From the IMG/VR virus record IMGVR_UViG_3300031992_000091, positions 1,086-65,085 of that record: a DNA stretch of 64,000 nucleotides, one strand, 5' to 3'. This DNA comes from a virus (Duplodnaviria > Caudoviricetes). Shown one piece after another: positions 8,970 through 18,477 of the stretch (its first letter is position 1; each line of letters starts with the position of its first letter). Made by a program: the position numbers and the translations under genes. The notes beneath the pieces are model-generated. The model was not told the origin of the DNA. It did no database searches and was given only the letters and a program-made list of their open reading frames with translations.

Positions 8970-9368
8970 CTATCTGGGTATAAATTCCAGACGGAAGCCA
9001 AATGAACTTAATGTTTCTTCCAGTTCCTCCAACGAGGGAACCTCAATGACGATTCTGGCCTTCTTTTTAGCCGGAGCTTCGATCTGTTCTACCGCCTTAG
9101 GTTCATCAACCTGCGCCTCGGTAATATCTTTAGTATCGTCGACAGGTTCAACAGGTTTTACATCTTCAACTGCGGGATGATCCCACAATCCAAAATATTT
9201 CTCCCATGTTTTCCGGTCTGTTTTATGCTTTTTCAGATAAGCCGGGCTACAGTAATTACTTACCATAGCAAGTGAACAGCCAGAAGCTTCGCTAAGAGCC
9301 TTCGATGACCCAAACTCATCACGAAGTTTTCTCGTTCTCGTAACAATGTTTTCCACACAGAACTCCAT
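8970..9368 (-). CDS. Putative HTH DNA-binding protein
   Basis: SSKALSEASGCSLAMVSNY HTH-like segment; own promoter motif and RBS. Confidence 0.55.
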   Translation of the reverse strand: MEFCVENIVTRTRKLRDEFGSSKALSEASGCSLAMVSNYCSPAYLKKHKTDRKTWEKYFGLWDHPAVEDVKPVEPVDDTKDITEAQVDEPKAVEQIEAPAKKKARIVIEVPSLEELEETLSSFGFRLEFIPR

Positions 9369-9406
9369 TTTGTTCCTCCTTGTAAAATATCAATTACCGA
9401 TAGTTA

Positions 9407-9432
9407 CCATAAAGGGCTTTGTGAATTCTGCG
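9407..9432 (-). promoter_or_regulatory. Phage promoter motif P2
   Basis: CGCAGAATTCACAAAGCCCTTTATGG. Confidence 0.75.
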
Positions 9433-9501
9433 AAAAAAGCAAAAGGACCTGCATAGCGTTTTGCTATACAAGCCCTTTTGGGTTAGGTCGTTAACTGTTA
9501 C

Positions 9502-9852
9502 TTACCTGTCGAGTACGATTCTGACATCGTATCCGACCTTAGCCATCAGTGTTACAAGCTGATCGAATTCCGGGCACCTGATTGTGACAGGCAGATTCAG
9601 TTTGTCCAGAGAGTCCTGGTCACCATCACTCTTCTTCTCAGATACCTCGACAGGCCTTTTCGTCTCAAGAGGTCCGAATCTTAATTCGAACGTCTGTATT
9701 GACGGATAATATTTCCCATCACAAATATCAGAGATAAAGTCGTAATGAATACCCATCTGCTCGGACAATTTTCTTCGTCCGCCAGCCCTGTTACAGGCTT
9801 CCTTCACTCTATCCCGCATTTCCTGATGTACCAGTTCTTCATAAGTTGCCAT
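9502..9852 (-). CDS. Putative XRE/Cro-like HTH protein
   Basis: GRRKLSEQMGIHYDFISDICDGKYYPS. The C-terminus resembles that of 8970-9368. Confidence 0.6.
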   Translation of the reverse strand: MATYEELVHQEMRDRVKEACNRAGGRRKLSEQMGIHYDFISDICDGKYYPSIQTFELRFGPLETKRPVEVSEKKSDGDQDSLDKLNLPVTIRCPEFDQLVTLMAKVGYDVRIVLDR

Positions 9853-9887
9853 ACTTTCCTCCTACTACAGGATTAACTGTTACTTAC

Positions 9888-9913
9888 CTATAATAGAAGA
9901 AGTTAGTTTCGCG
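9888..9913 (-). promoter_or_regulatory. Phage promoter motif P3
   Basis: CGCGAAACTAACTTCTTCTATTATAG. Confidence 0.7.
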
Positions 9914-9917
9914 TAAC

Positions 9918-10154
9918 TTATTTCAGATCGTCTTCAAACGGATCGGTCTTTTTTCTGCGGGCGTCAATGGCTTTCTTAATAGCCAGGTAACATTCCGGAC
10001 AAATATCATAGTCAAATACGGTTTTAGTATTACCATTACTAGCGCGATAATAAATCATCATATCGTTAGGCATTGTCTTTTTGTTCACAACATTGATGCA
10101 GCTAAGCCCGTTAAAAAACCCGCCGCAAATATCACACTTCAAAGCTTTACTCAT
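9918..10154 (-). CDS. Small Zn-finger-like hypothetical protein
   Basis: CDICG...DICPEC. Confidence 0.6.
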   Translation of the reverse strand: MSKALKCDICGGFFNGLSCINVVNKKTMPNDMMIYYRASNGNTKTVFDYDICPECYLAIKKAIDARRKKTDPFEDDLK

Positions 10155-10462
10155 ACCTCAGCATCTCCTTCGACTCCTAACGCATTGGCTGTTACTTTGC
10201 TCAAGAGGTTAATACCAGTTTCCTCAGAGCATGTCTTGAGAATATCAAAGCCGTTGTTACCGTCAGACTGCCAAAGTGCCTGAGTTTCTGCCAGAATATT
10301 TACCAGATGATCGAAGTCCATGTTGTATCTTCTACTCAGAGTAAGACAGAATCCGGCATAAATCTTCGGGACCATCTCTCTAATGTGAGCTTTCCAACGG
10401 CGTTCTTGATAAATATAACTATTGTCCTGCTTAGGCTTATGTCTCCTTTCAGCTCTGCCCAT
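10151..10462 (-). CDS. Hypothetical protein
   Basis: ORF with AGGAG RBS; overlapping stop/start. Confidence 0.6.
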   Translation of the reverse strand: MGRAERRHKPKQDNSYIYQERRWKAHIREMVPKIYAGFCLTLSRRYNMDFDHLVNILAETQALWQSDGNNGFDILKTCSEETGINLLSKVTANALGVEGDAEV

Positions 10463-11386
10463 GGTTCTCCTTTCTGGCCACGCTTTTTACAATACCATAG
10501 CATTTCATTCTATGCTCACATTCAACAAAAGTATCACATTTACCAGTACCTAAATATCGTACATGACTATATACTGGCTCAAACTTTGGACAATCCTGAC
10601 AGTAATCTTCAACTTCAAGTTTTATCATCGCTCACCTCAACACAATATTCCAAAACGAGTTAAAAATATCCAGCATTCCAACGCACCATGGAACCAGTAA
10701 GAATGCAAGAAATAAGATCGCTTCAAAACCAGTAACCTGAACGTTGTAGTTATGATCTTTTTTATTCATTCAATCCTCCTTTGCTTTAGGTTCTGCAGCC
10801 TGACAAAACCACTCGTCTGCCGTATAGTCTCGAGGGCTTGTACATCTTGTACGATCTTTACCGTCTCCGTGAAACTTGCAATCGATGCAATAACACGCCG
10901 CTGTTGGAGGTTTATCAAAGCGATGTCTATACTTGTATGTCCATTTAGCTTCGTCTATTGCGTTTGAAATTAAGTCGGCAACGAATTCTAATAATACAAA
11001 ACCTATAGTTATTGTTGTTGCAATTCCAATAGCGGTAAATATATTAGTCATCGTCTTCCTCCTCAGGAAACTCCCACCCATCGTCGCATCCGCCAATGCC
11101 GCAATGTTCTTCATCGAGAGTGATCGTGTCTTTAGTGCAGATGTTATCCTTGCAATAAATGCACTCTTCCAAAAAGCAATTAACTGTTGTCATTCACTCA
11201 CCTCCTTCTCAAATATTCTTCTCCGCCTTCAAGATATTTCTTCCCTTCATCTGTGCGGCACCAGTTCAGATATTCTTTTTTCATATCATCGGTCAGCAGT
11301 TCAATATGCCCAAACAGTAAAAGAAAATAGATTTCCCGATGATACCTAAGGCACCATGTTTTGAAGCTGAGTGTCATTGTTACCAT
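10449..11386 (-). CDS. Cluster of five small hypothetical genes: 10449-10628, 10632-10769, 10770-11051, 11044-11193, 11198-11386
   Basis: Hand-translated, abutting ORFs with GAGG-type RBSs. Several are Cys-rich (YCQDCPKF, CFLEECIYCKDNIC, CYCIDCKF) or hydrophobic. Confidence 0.55.
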
Positions 11387-12315
11387 CGCTCACCCTCATT
11401 GTATTTCGGATCTAAAAGCGGGCTGGTTGGTAAATCTTCAACAGTCTGGCAAATAATCAGCTCCTCAGCATACGGCAAAGTCTCGATCCACTCGCAGAAC
11501 TCATGCCACTCGTCAAGTTTGTGGTTCTTTCTGGCATGGTACATATTGGCCAGAACCTCGTAGTTTAGCATCAGAGTAGCCCGCTGATTGTAGGACGAAG
11601 GAAGAAGCTGGATCATCTGCCACCAATATTTCTTGTCCTTGGTCTGCAGATATAAATCGCGGTAATGATTTAGAACATCACAAATCATTTCTACAAAACC
11701 TGTTGAAGTAAAATACGCTCTATCGCCATCTACAGTAATTGCCGATAGCGCTGGATCTTCTTCAAAGGGAACACTCTTGTCTCCGTTTATAAAATCCTCT
11801 TTGTTAAACAAATGCTCCGTCGAGAAGTCCTCCAGAGTGAACTCCTTAGCATGGATCTTGTGCATTGTGGAGCAGGAATTCCTGACAGTGCCGACCTTGT
11901 ATGTGTCGGCTTCCTTCCACCAGTACATCGGGGCGGTAATATCAACATACACCACGATCATTCTCCGGAACTTGGCCTCATCGGATCCGGCCTTGGCAAG
12001 ATTACTCAGGAGTTTCAGATCGTTGGGACCGATACAAATTCCATCAACGATGGTCACAAACTCAGCCTGCTTACGATCATTCATGGCCCAGGAATATAAA
12101 TGTTCTTTTTCTTCGGGTCCGTCATACATATAGTAGCCGAATTCACTGTCTTCGTCGGAGAATACGGTTTCTCCAAATATGTCATCAATTGTTCCGCAAG
12201 GTTCGTTATCGACCAGCGAGTCACTCAACTCCCACGAATTCATAGGGTTACGAGCTCCTCTAATAGCCGGCACCCATCCAGCAGTGCTAACGTTTTCAAT
12301 CTTGATCATGTTCAA
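11380..12315 (-). CDS. Divergent flavin-dependent thymidylate synthase (ThyX)-like protein
   Basis: AIRGARNP start, KFRRMIVVYVDITAP.YWWKE, SSYNQR...NYEVL...R.H.L.EW..FC resemble phage Thy1-like proteins. The canonical RHR motif is absent. Confidence 0.5.
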   Translation of the reverse strand: MNMIKIENVSTAGWVPAIRGARNPMNSWELSDSLVDNEPCGTIDDIFGETVFSDEDSEFGYYMYDGPEEKEHLYSWAMNDRKQAEFVTIVDGICIGPNDLKLLSNLAKAGSDEAKFRRMIVVYVDITAPMYWWKEADTYKVGTVRNSCSTMHKIHAKEFTLEDFSTEHLFNKEDFINGDKSVPFEEDPALSAITVDGDRAYFTSTGFVEMICDVLNHYRDLYLQTKDKKYWWQMIQLLPSSYNQRATLMLNYEVLANMYHARKNHKLDEWHEFCEWIETLPYAEELIICQTVEDLPTSPLLDPKYNEGERW

Positions 12316-12332
12316 TCCTCCTTTTAAGCATG

Positions 12333-12686
12333 TTAAAATATAAACGAATCTGCTTTGACTCCAAGACGAGTAGCCATCCTCTTACGCTTCTCGTCTATAG
12401 TGTCACCGATCTTAGCGTTGTCGATATACTCTGTGACCTTCCTGAGTTCTCTCAAGGTAACATATACATCAGCCATTTCCTCATGCACGTTGGCAAGCAT
12501 CTCTTCTTCTGTCTTACCATGTACAAGATTCTCTCCACGCAAATATCTTGCAAACTTCTGGCAAGCATAAGACAGCTCTGTAGCTTCTTCTGCCATCATC
12601 TCAAACATAGCCGGCGTACCAATTGCGTCCACCAGCTTGGTTACTTCTCCGTTTTCTTTATTTCCCATTCGTTTCCTTCTTTCCAA
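12333..12686 (-). CDS. MazG-like NTP pyrophosphohydrolase
   Basis: EEATEL...K...EEMADV helical MazG signature. Confidence 0.7.
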   Translation of the reverse strand: MERRKRMGNKENGEVTKLVDAIGTPAMFEMMAEEATELSYACQKFARYLRGENLVHGKTEEEMLANVHEEMADVYVTLRELRKVTEYIDNAKIGDTIDEKRKRMATRLGVKADSFIF

Positions 12687-13099
12687 AATTCATGTGCCGC
12701 TCCAGGATCTTTGTGCAACCTGACATATTCGTCATTCTTAACAGGCTGCTGAGAATATCTTGCTTCGAGAAGATGGCATCCCACAGATCAAGCAGATAGT
12801 TCCAGGAGGCGGCGTGCATACCAGGATGTTCTTTAATTTGTTCATAGATCCATGTTACAGGAATGTATAATTTACAATCCATCGCTTTCCTCCTTCTTTT
12901 CGTATTCATCATTGGTATAGAAGCATGGCCTGTTTGGACCGGTGATCATTGTGTCGGCGTGATTGCTAGATCGGCGCCTACGATCACAAATACCCCATTT
13001 CATTCCAGGGACGGTGTCGAACTTGTTGCAATCCTTACACCTTTTTCTTTTGACAGGCTCCATGATAAGAAATCCAGGTCCTAATTCAATTCTCGACAT
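12658..13099 (-). CDS. Two small hypothetical genes (12658-12912; 12872-13099, Cys-rich)
   Basis: ORF track; co-oriented and overlapping. Confidence 0.5.
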
Positions 13100-13101
13100 G
13101 G

Positions 13102-13875
13102 TTAATCTCCTCTCAGATCAGAATGCGGCGAAATATAAAGACCCTGCCAGCCGTGCTTTTTGTAGTAGGCTTTAGCTTCGGTCTTGTATCTGAACTTCGT
13201 GCAATACTCGATTCCACGAATATAAATACCTTTCTCCTTACACCAGTCGAGATAGGATGTAAAATAGATCTTATCTTCTTTTGATACTCGTTTGTTGTTG
13301 TTAAACAGAACACTCTCCTGAATAACAGTCTTTACCAGATCCTTATGACCGTTCTGGATGAGCTTTGTTACAAAGGAGTCGCCGCCATTGGGCATTACTG
13401 TTAGTCCAACATCGTGAACCAGTGTGTTCATAACCTTGAGAAGTGACTCATATACTGACCATCCTCTAGGAGCAGGTTTAATAAGATCTGCCTTCTCTTC
13501 TCTAAATCCGACCACACACATGTAGTACAGGTCGGTATTGTCAAAATATAAACCTTTGCAGCCGGCTTCCTTGAAGCGTTTTGCCTCGTCAATGAGGTGC
13601 TTCTGCCATCTCTCATCTGTAACGTCGACCCAGTATTCGCCAGGCCATCCAGAATATTTTGCAATTCTGAGATCCTCGAATTCGTCGTAGTAATCACGCT
13701 CCTTCTCTAGAGCACACGCATTTAAATAACCATATACGTGCACTCCTCGTGCCACTGCTTCTCTGACATACTTTGGATCGATGTTGTCAATATCAATCAC
13801 AGCCAGGTCGTTCTTTTTAGATTTTGCTAGAGTCTTGAGTACGTAATCTTCTTCAAGACATATTCTCATTGCCAT
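13102..13875 (-). CDS. Glycoside hydrolase family 114 (endo-alpha-1,4-polygalactosaminidase-like)
   Basis: GYLN...LE.ER...WPGEYWVD...W...GLYFDNTDLY...MPNGG...QESV...IEY. Start reassigned to the ATG after GGAGGG. Confidence 0.7.
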   Translation of the reverse strand: MAMRICLEEDYVLKTLAKSKKNDLAVIDIDNIDPKYVREAVARGVHVYGYLNACALEKERDYYDEFEDLRIAKYSGWPGEYWVDVTDERWQKHLIDEAKRFKEAGCKGLYFDNTDLYYMCVVGFREEKADLIKPAPRGWSVYESLLKVMNTLVHDVGLTVMPNGGDSFVTKLIQNGHKDLVKTVIQESVLFNNNKRVSKEDKIYFTSYLDWCKEKGIYIRGIEYCTKFRYKTEAKAYYKKHGWQGLYISPHSDLRGD

Positions 13876-13889
13876 AAATATCACCCTCC

Positions 13890-14117
13890 TTAAAACTGTT
13901 CACATACCAGCATGTCATCTACCTTGCACTGATACAGATCTGCCAGAATAACAAGGTTGTCGATGCAAGGAATTGCTTTACCACGCATCCATTTATACAC
14001 TGCCTGAGGAGTCTCGAAACCGAAGTGGTTCTGAATATCTTTTATAGACAGATTGCGCTCCAGCCTAAGATCATCGAGTCGTTTGCAAGTTGCTTCCATG
14101 TTAATTCCACAGACCAT
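13890..14117 (-). CDS. XRE-family HTH regulator
   Basis: LSIKDIQNHFGFETPQAVYKWMRGKAIPCIDNL. Start moved to 14117 because the longer ORF-track start runs through a terminator. Confidence 0.75.
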   Translation of the reverse strand: MVCGINMEATCKRLDDLRLERNLSIKDIQNHFGFETPQAVYKWMRGKAIPCIDNLVILADLYQCKVDDMLVCEQF

Positions 14118-14188
14118 AATTACTCCTTTAGCAAAAAAAAAAACTAAAAGGACCATCGCAAATATAACGACAGTCCTCACTGTTAAAA

Positions 14189-14383
14189 TTAGACGTCAAT
14201 CTCGTCCGCCATTTTAGCAAGGCGCTTACCTCGCTTTAATGCCTCTCGAAGCCAGTTGACATTCATCGAGTTTAATCTGAACTCGTGCGATTCTCCGTTT
14301 TCGTCAACAAATTTCAGAATCACATGTCGTCCATTTCTCTCAGTATTAGTGTCAACAAATATTGATCTCCAGTCATGTACCAT
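14189..14383 (-). CDS. Hypothetical protein (cassette gene)
   Basis: Own promoter motif P4 and AAAGGAG RBS. Confidence 0.65.
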   Translation of the reverse strand: MVHDWRSIFVDTNTERNGRHVILKFVDENGESHEFRLNSMNVNWLREALKRGKRLAKMADEIDV

Positions 14384-14421
14384 AATAAGTTCTCCTTTCT
14401 AAACATACGGACACTATTCGT

Positions 14422-14447
14422 CCATAAAGGAGCATGCAAATTTTGCG
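14422..14447 (-). promoter_or_regulatory. Phage promoter motif P4
   Basis: CGCAAAATTTGCATGCTCCTTTATGG, directly after a hairpin plus T-tract. Confidence 0.75.
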
Positions 14448-14503
14448 AAAAAAAAAAGGAGGCAACTCAATTAAGAGCCACCTCCGGGTTGAAAGTTATT
14501 ACT

Positions 14504-14809
14504 TTATCTGATTTCTACCATCCACCGTCTGTGCTCGACTTCGATAGTGACCTCGACCTCAATAGTTCCAAAAGCATGCTCGAGCTGACTTCTAAACACT
14601 TTGTATTCCGGAGTCGATTTGTCAGTCATTTCCATTACTTCCAGAAAATGACCGACTTCGTCTCTGAGAATGACAAAGTACCAGCCATCAGATCTACTGC
14701 GTGCCAGAAGAACACTGAGTTCTGTAAGCCCCATATCTGTTTCCCACAATACTGTGAGCTCCTTGTTAAATAAAGAACTCTCAATCCTAACAGATTTCAT
14801 TGCTTTCAT
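14504..14809 (-). CDS. Hypothetical protein (cassette gene)
   Basis: Promoter P5, AGGAGG RBS and a downstream terminator. Confidence 0.65.
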   Translation of the reverse strand: MKAMKSVRIESSLFNKELTVLWETDMGLTELSVLLARSRSDGWYFVILRDEVGHFLEVMEMTDKSTPEYKVFRSQLEHAFGTIEVEVTIEVEHRRWMVEIR

Positions 14810-14850
14810 TTTTGTTTCCTCCTTTTTTAGAAATATAAAATTAGTTACTT

Positions 14851-14876
14851 CTATAAGGAGGATTGTTTATTTGGCG
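14851..14876 (-). promoter_or_regulatory. Phage promoter motif P5
   Basis: CGCCAAATAAACAATCCTCCTTATAG, overlapping the helicase stop. Confidence 0.65.
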
Positions 14877-16093
14877 TAAAACCTAGTCTCGTTAAACTTT
14901 TTCTTGTCTTTGAGTGCTTTAGCTATTGCCAGATCAATGCCGCTACGAGACTTTAGATGATAGAAATATAAATCTGTGAAAGGCGTATTCATTCTGTCTA
15001 TTCGTCCAGACGCTTGCACCATAACCTTATAGCTGTAGTTCTGAGAGTAAAATATAATAGTGTCTGTCCTGATGCAGTTCCATCCTTCTGCTCCAGCATT
15101 GTACTGTACAAGATAGATCCACCGGTCCCCCTCAGGTATTGGCTGATGCTTATGGCCATTCCACTCAGCAATTTCTAATCTAGGATAGAAATAGTCGCCA
15201 ATGTCTCTGAGAATCTCAAGCTCATAGTCGTAGTTGTAAAATATAATAGCCTTCGGATGCTTCTCCAGGATCTGAAGTAGCATAGTTAATCTCGACTCAT
15301 CCAGGTTGACAATCTTCCTCAGACATTGACAGAACTCGCTGGCATTTTTAATAGGCTCGTTCTCCCAGGGATTCCATCGATTTCTGCAAATATCACGATA
15401 GCCTTGATGGTCGTATTCAACCCAGATGTCTTCGTGATGCTGGATCGTAGGTCGTCTGAAGTCCATGTTAATCAGAATACTATTTCTTAGTCGTTCTAGC
15501 CTGCGTGTACCTAAATATCTTTCTACCTTAAAGAACTTGACATAGCCATTGCGTACTACATGTTCCTGCATAAACTCTGTACGGTTTTTGTAGAAACCAT
15601 TAGCTATGAATACTGGAATATAATCTAGCCAATTGTCTCCTGGTGTGGCTGAAAGCAAAATCCAAAAATTCCCATTGCGGCAAATTTTCAAAAACGATTT
15701 TACCCACTGTCCGGAACCAACGACTCTTTGTTCGTCAAATATAAAGAAGGAATCGGTGACGTTTTCATACTTCTTAATATTGTTCCAAGAATCCACAACA
15801 ACTTTCAGGCCTTCGTATAAAGTTACTTCAGGATTGGTAGTAAGCATGAAGGGACTTAGCTCTTGTTCCCACTCGCAGGTATCACGTTTGCGAGCTGTTG
15901 TAATAATGTAAAGATCCGTAGGGTTTTTCATCTTTACATAGTCATCGGTGTCAAGTTTTCCACCATGTAAAATATAATAATAGGCTAAGGCTGTTCTGGA
16001 CTTACCACTTCCAACACCACCACAGAGAATACAGCCCTTTTTCATCTGGTTAACAGCATCAATCTGGTATTGTCTTAGTGAGATTCCTGCCAT
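14867..16093 (-). CDS. Superfamily 2 DNA helicase
   Basis: LRQYQ Q-motif, GGVGSGKS Walker A, IFDEQ Walker B, LLSATP motif III, QASGRIDR motif VI. Confidence 0.9.
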   Translation of the reverse strand: MAGISLRQYQIDAVNQMKKGCILCGGVGSGKSRTALAYYYILHGGKLDTDDYVKMKNPTDLYIITTARKRDTCEWEQELSPFMLTTNPEVTLYEGLKVVVDSWNNIKKYENVTDSFFIFDEQRVVGSGQWVKSFLKICRNGNFWILLSATPGDNWLDYIPVFIANGFYKNRTEFMQEHVVRNGYVKFFKVERYLGTRRLERLRNSILINMDFRRPTIQHHEDIWVEYDHQGYRDICRNRWNPWENEPIKNASEFCQCLRKIVNLDESRLTMLLQILEKHPKAIIFYNYDYELEILRDIGDYFYPRLEIAEWNGHKHQPIPEGDRWIYLVQYNAGAEGWNCIRTDTIIFYSQNYSYKVMVQASGRIDRMNTPFTDLYFYHLKSRSGIDLAIAKALKDKKKFNETRFYAK

Positions 16094-16632
16094 GACGGTG
16101 CGATAAACCTATAAAAATAATCCATAAAATGTTCTTCTAATACATCAAGCGGTGCTTCGTTGCTATACACACAGTCATAGGGGTATTTATTAACGAGGTC
16201 GTCTGCTTCATTACCATACTCAACGCTCTCAGTACGAGGAGACTTTACGAGAAGCGTTACACAAGGAATGTTACTGATAAAGTTGATGCGGTCTTTGATC
16301 TTCTTGATCTCACCAGGTTCGCGAACGTGCATGATAAGGATCTCGTTGTACGCAGCAACCGGTTTCTCAGCGAACTTATTAAACTGATCAATAGCATACA
16401 TAAAAGGCCCATCGTTATAGTCAGTCCAGAGATCTTTCAAATCGGACAAGAATTTACGGTCTTTAAGATTTTTACCGCCTCCCCAACCAAATATAAGTCT
16501 TGCTGCCTGCTTGACTTTTGTGATCGTCGAAATGCGTTTGGTGGGATAATACTTCTCCAAAATATCGCAGATTGTATCTTTACCACATCCGCCTTTACCA
16601 TTAATGATGATTACAAGTTTTTTACCTGCCAT
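16075..16632 (-). CDS. P-loop kinase, probable deoxynucleoside monophosphate kinase
   Basis: IIINGKGGCGKDT...R.FL...HVREP.E. Confidence 0.6.
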   Translation of the reverse strand: MAGKKLVIIINGKGGCGKDTICDILEKYYPTKRISTITKVKQAARLIFGWGGGKNLKDRKFLSDLKDLWTDYNDGPFMYAIDQFNKFAEKPVAAYNEILIMHVREPGEIKKIKDRINFISNIPCVTLLVKSPRTESVEYGNEADDLVNKYPYDCVYSNEAPLDVLEEHFMDYFYRFIAPSWQESH

Positions 16633-16786
16633 TCTTCTCCTCCTCAAATTTTTCAGGCATTCTTGTTGCTTCTCTGACTGGAATGCTGAGACAAATATTA
16701 CAAGGATTCTCAGTTTCTTTTACATCCTTGTTCTTACATTTGTGACAGTATTCGTCAAACTTTACAATTTTGTATCTATAGTCCAT
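16622..16786 (-). CDS. Small Cys-rich hypothetical protein
   Basis: MDYRYKIVKFDEYCHKCK...PCNICL; GGAGG RBS. Confidence 0.6.
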   Translation of the reverse strand: MDYRYKIVKFDEYCHKCKNKDVKETENPCNICLSIPVREATRMPEKFEEEKNGR

Positions 16787-16929
16787 AGTTCCTCCAAATA
16801 TATAATAAACCTGCTGGTACTTGTCCTTATGGAGGTAGGCAAACAATAAGAAAGGAGGTAATTAATAAAGTTTCAATAACCCGTTAGGGCTACAGGATTT
16901 TCGCAGCAGGTTTATTAGCTAAAATATTG

Positions 16930-16980
16930 AAAAACAAAAAGACCCTGCAAATATCTTTTTATTGATACCGCAGGGTCCGT
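16930..16980 (-). terminator. Intrinsic terminator, representative of a recurring family
   Basis: GGACCCTGC...GCAGGGTC followed by TTTTTGTTTT. Related hairpins at ~6840-6872, 9437-9478, 17566-17612, 30645-30680, 30964-31000 and 31673-31718. Confidence 0.7.
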
Positions 16981-16990
16981 TTGTAAGGTC

Positions 16991-17917
16991 TTACTTAGTA
17001 AACGAATCAAGCCACTTCTTCCAACCATACTTGGCATTTCTGAATGACTTCTCATGCGCCGCCATCGGTCCGTGAACAAGGTCCGCCGTACGTCCTCTAC
17101 GTTTGTACATGAAATCCATGCACATTCCAGTGTACGTAACATACAGCACGAACGTGTTCCAAATCAGGTACCATTTGGCAAGTTTCTTGAAAATATTCAT
17201 TTTGTCCTCCTTATTGGTTTCAAAATAGTTGCTACGTTAATAGTTACCTATAAGGAGGTTTGTTAATTTCGCGAAAGCAGAAGACCCATCGTAAATATCA
17301 CGATGAGCCTCCGCTCAGAATTTTACTCTTCTTCGTCTTCCTTTTTCTTCAGGAATGGAATCTTGATTTTGGGCAGCTCGATAAGCCCGATCTTGACATA
17401 GAGCCAGATACAATAAATTGTGGTAATAATACTGCATACCCCACACATCTTGAAATATCTTCTCCATGTTACCGGTGTGTCAAGCCATTTCTTAATCATT
17501 TTGTTTCCTCCTTATAAAAGTTGATTTGAATTGTTACTTCTATAATGGAGGATGTAAATTATGCGAAAAAGCAAAAGCCTCTGCAAATATCATTTCGATA
17601 CTTACAGAGGCCAGTGCTAATTATTTGTCGCTAATCTTTTTTGCTACGAATTTGTACTGTTTCAGTTCATCAGACCATTGGTCTTTAACAATATACTCAA
17701 AATGCTTCTCACCATGATACCTGGTCTCTCTATCGATGGCGTCTAAGACTTTCCACTTGCCTCGATCTTCTCCTTCGGCATATGCTTCTTTACGAATCTT
17801 TTCTCTTTCAGCATCCTCATGAGCAGACAAGGCAATGATCGCCATGACGGCACAAAAGCCACCAGCAGCATAAGTTACAACGTTTTTGAGTAATCCAAAT
17901 CCAGTTCCGTTTGTCAT
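16991..17917 (-). CDS. Three single-gene cassettes encoding small single-pass membrane proteins (16991-17200, 17323-17499, 17621-17917)
   Basis: Each has its own promoter motif, AAGGAGG RBS, one hydrophobic segment and a downstream hairpin terminator. Confidence 0.7.
17248..17273 (-). promoter_or_regulatory. Phage promoter motif P6
   Basis: CGCGAAATTAACAAACCTCCTTATAG. Confidence 0.75.
17540..17565 (-). promoter_or_regulatory. Phage promoter motif P7
   Basis: CGCATAATTTACATCCTCCATTATAG. Confidence 0.75.
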
Positions 17918-17958
17918 AATAAACCTCCTTTACAAGTTATTGCAAAAATGTTAGTTAC

Positions 17959-17984
17959 TCATAAAGGCCGTTGTTAATGTTGCG
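17959..17984 (-). promoter_or_regulatory. Phage promoter motif P8
   Basis: CGCAACATTAACAACGGCCTTTATGA. Confidence 0.75.
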
Positions 17985-17991
17985 AAGAATA

Positions 17992-18477
17992 TCATTCGTC
18001 CTCGTAGTCGGAATACTTATCAGCCCAAGGAGACGGTTCGAGAGTGACATGCATCTCTTTCAGATAAGCCTTGACCTTCCATTCATTGGTGCGATCATCC
18101 AGCCACCAACGGGGTCTGATAGTCAGATCGACATTTCTGATCTCTGCAGAATCCAGCATACCGACCGTGTTCTCATCCAACTGAGTTCTTACACCGTTTG
18201 AGTAAATATAAACTGCTGCCGGAGGGATGTTGGGGAACGATCTGAAGCTGACAGATACGTCGATACGATAGCGGATTGGATCACCTTCCTCGTTTGGAAG
18301 TTTGGTCTTGACATACCAGCCAATATCCTTCAGTCTGTTGGCCTCGTCCTCGTCATAGAACTCGTATGTGAATTTCCGATCACCTTCTTTATTGAATCTC
18401 GATCCGGCTCCGCTGAAATTGCGAAAAATAATCGTTGCGTTTTCAAAGTTCTCAGGTGCTACAAAATGTTTTTCCAT
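17992..18477 (-). CDS. Probable single-stranded DNA-binding protein
   Basis: NATIIFRNFSG...FN.EG.R.F; aromatic-rich core, acidic tail (DKYSDYEDE), next to the polymerase. Confidence 0.55.
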   Translation of the reverse strand: MEKHFVAPENFENATIIFRNFSGAGSRFNKEGDRKFTYEFYDEDEANRLKDIGWYVKTKLPNEEGDPIRYRIDVSVSFRSFPNIPPAAVYIYSNGVRTQLDENTVGMLDSAEIRNVDLTIRPRWWLDDRTNEWKVKAYLKEMHVTLEPSPWADKYSDYEDE

